From a virus: DNA of 50,750 nt. Below the pieces are notes generated by a model, which ran no database searches, was not told the origin of the DNA, and saw only the letters and a list, made by a program, of their open reading frames with translations. Below are positions 49,475-50,750 of this stretch, piece after piece (within the stretch, counting starts at the first letter, position 1; the number at the start of each line of letters is the position of its first letter). The DNA lies in IMG/VR virus record IMGVR_UViG_3300006654_000150, positions 1 to 50,750 of that record; one strand, given 5' to 3'. The position numbers were made by a program, and so were the translations under genes.

Positions 49475-50750
49475 TTAAGGCTGCCAGTGGATACCGTCAG
49501 CCGTAAATGTGTTGGGCGATACGTTGACGGTGCCAGCGAACACCGACCCCCGAAGTATGCTGCCCGATTCCATCATGATGTCGTCAGATGCCGTTCCCAA
49601 AACGTCCGCCTCCGCCTGGATTAGGCCGCCCACCGTCAATTCACTTGCGTCTAGATTTAATCGACCGTCCGGCGTTCCTGATTTATCCCCTCCGTTTGCG
49701 CTCAATCCCGCTGATGCGACAATATTCGCTTCCCTTGCATCCAAGAACGCGCCTGCCACACCGGCCGATCCAACCCTGATGAACCCGCCCGCAGTCACCT
49801 TTGACCCAATCACAGACAGGCCCGCGCTTATGGAGGACAAGACCAAATCACTTGCCGCGACTATTTCGCTTCCCTTCGTTACTGCCATGGCGATGCTTGC
49901 GCCGCCACTAGAAGCGATAGCGTTTATGGAGTCAGCGAACATGTAAGAGCCCTCTGTGACCACAATTCCTTTCATCTCGCCGGCAACGGTCTCTGAAATG
50001 TTGTCCACTCTGATTTCCGACGTGGACATATACAGGCTCACAATAGTTTCGCCAGACCCTCCCCGGTCGCCCAATTGCAAAACTCCGCCACCGGCAATTG
50101 AGGATTGCGATTCAAGGTAAGCATTGGCGTCATAGGAATCTTGCAAGGATAAAGAGCCCAACAAAGCAACCTTTCCGCTCTCGGAAAGGCCTACACAGTT
50201 GAATCCGCCTTCGACCGCAATGCCGTCTACGTTGAAAACGGAGCCTTCTCCGCTGGCGCCAATAACGCAGCGCCTGGGCGTAGTGATCGAACTTGCAATC
50301 AAGTCGGCCGCAAAAACGGGCGACCTTCCGCCGTTCCTTACTGCTATTACCGCGCTGTACACACGGTTCCCAGTAAGCGTTGTGGTGGGCGTGCTGATGT
50401 CAACAGATATCGCGCCAGTGTCCGATTCAATCCTGATCCAGGAAAGATCCACTCCGTCGATCAAAGTCTCTTCATCCCATACAAACCCAGCTGAATCCAG
50501 GACCTGAATAGTCGCCGTAAAGCCTCCTGACTTATACGCCGGAATCGTTTTGCTCAAGAACACCAGTGCTTCGTTCGGGCTCGTAAAGTCGCCCCCGGGA
50601 CCCACGGTCACTGTCCGGTCAACATTGCTCCCAATTGTCGCATTTGGCCCGACCTCAAACACGCCGCCTTCGTATTTGATGTATTCGCCAGTGCCTTCAT
50701 CTCCAAACACGCCCGTTGCGGCCTGAAGTTCGCCACTGAAGACGGCATTG
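49475..50750 (-). CDS. C-terminal ~425 codons of the tail-tip protein: predicted right-handed beta-helix (depolymerase-type) domain
   Basis: The track ORF 49475..50710 begins at a GTG only because the window ends. The frame is open to 50750 and is continuous with 1..4769 through the 99-bp overlap. Gly/Ser/Val/Ile-rich periodic sequence. Confidence 0.8.
   Translation of the reverse strand, partial: NAVFSGELQAATGVFGDEGTGEYIKYEGGVFEVGPNATIGSNVDRTVTVGPGGDFTSPNEALVFLSKTIPAYKSGGFTATIQVLDSAGFVWDEETLIDGVDLSWIRIESDTGAISVDISTPTTTLTGNRVYSAVIAVRNGGRSPVFAADLIASSITTPRRCVIGASGEGSVFNVDGIAVEGGFNCVGLSESGKVALLGSLSLQDSYDANAYLESQSSIAGGGVLQLGDRGGSGETIVSLYMSTSEIRVDNISETVAGEMKGIVVTEGSYMFADSINAIASSGGASIAMAVTKGSEIVAASDLVLSSISAGLSVIGSKVTAGGFIRVGSAGVAGAFLDAREANIVASAGLSANGGDKSGTPDGRLNLDASELTVGGLIQAEADVLGTASDDIMMESGSILRGSVFAGTVNVSPNTFTADGIHWQP
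50652..50750. repeat. Right copy of the 99-bp exact terminal overlap
   Basis: Identical to 1..99 by direct comparison. Confidence 0.95.

Larger units (their letters stand above)
1..50750. mobile_element. Complete temperate lambdoid siphophage genome, circular permutation (unique length 50,651 bp)
   Basis: Full lysogeny, replication, lysis, head and tail modules plus int/xis/attP. The first 99 nt are identical to the last 99 nt. Confidence 0.9.

Overview
The window is a complete, circularly closed genome of a temperate lambdoid siphovirus. Bases 1-99 repeat exactly at 50652-50750, an assembly-style terminal overlap, so the unique length is 50,651 bp. The window is cut inside the tail-tip gene.

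Layout:
- Minus strand, early-right operon: Cro-like gene (34485), replication genes, a methylase/deaminase cluster, NinB/NinG, and a Q-like regulator.
- Minus strand, continuing: late promoter and terminator, lysis cassette, two large LamG/Ig-type genes, TerS/TerL, portal, protease-scaffold, decoration protein and lambda-E-like capsid.
- Minus strand, tail: head-tail genes, tube, G/GT chaperone, tape measure, M/L/K-like proteins, then a 1,981-aa I-J-beta-helix tail-tip protein that wraps across the window ends, and the tail fibre.
- Plus strand, early-left operon: XRE repressor (34569), pL, accessory genes, RecE-like exonuclease and annealing protein, xis, int (46519), and attP carrying the 3' end of a tRNA-Ser.

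Most genes are joined by ATGA/GTGA stop-start overlaps. I used these to correct many ORF-track starts and to recover several ORFs under 60 aa.

Items most worth follow-up:
1. Two same-strand ORFs in +1 register share about 910 nt of the C5-methyltransferase locus, and both read like real proteins.
2. A tRNA-like RNA candidate with exact tRNA junction geometry but a 71-nt central region sits in a 530-bp ORF-free gap.
3. A low-GC PEP-CTERM (exosortase-sorted) cargo gene lies behind a near-consensus sigma54 promoter.
4. Two divergent PagP-like outer-membrane barrel paralogs occupy two moron positions.
5. A perfect LexA box sits in front of a 54-aa ORF next to a repressor that lacks a cleavage domain.

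All family names come from motif recognition by eye. No database search was run.
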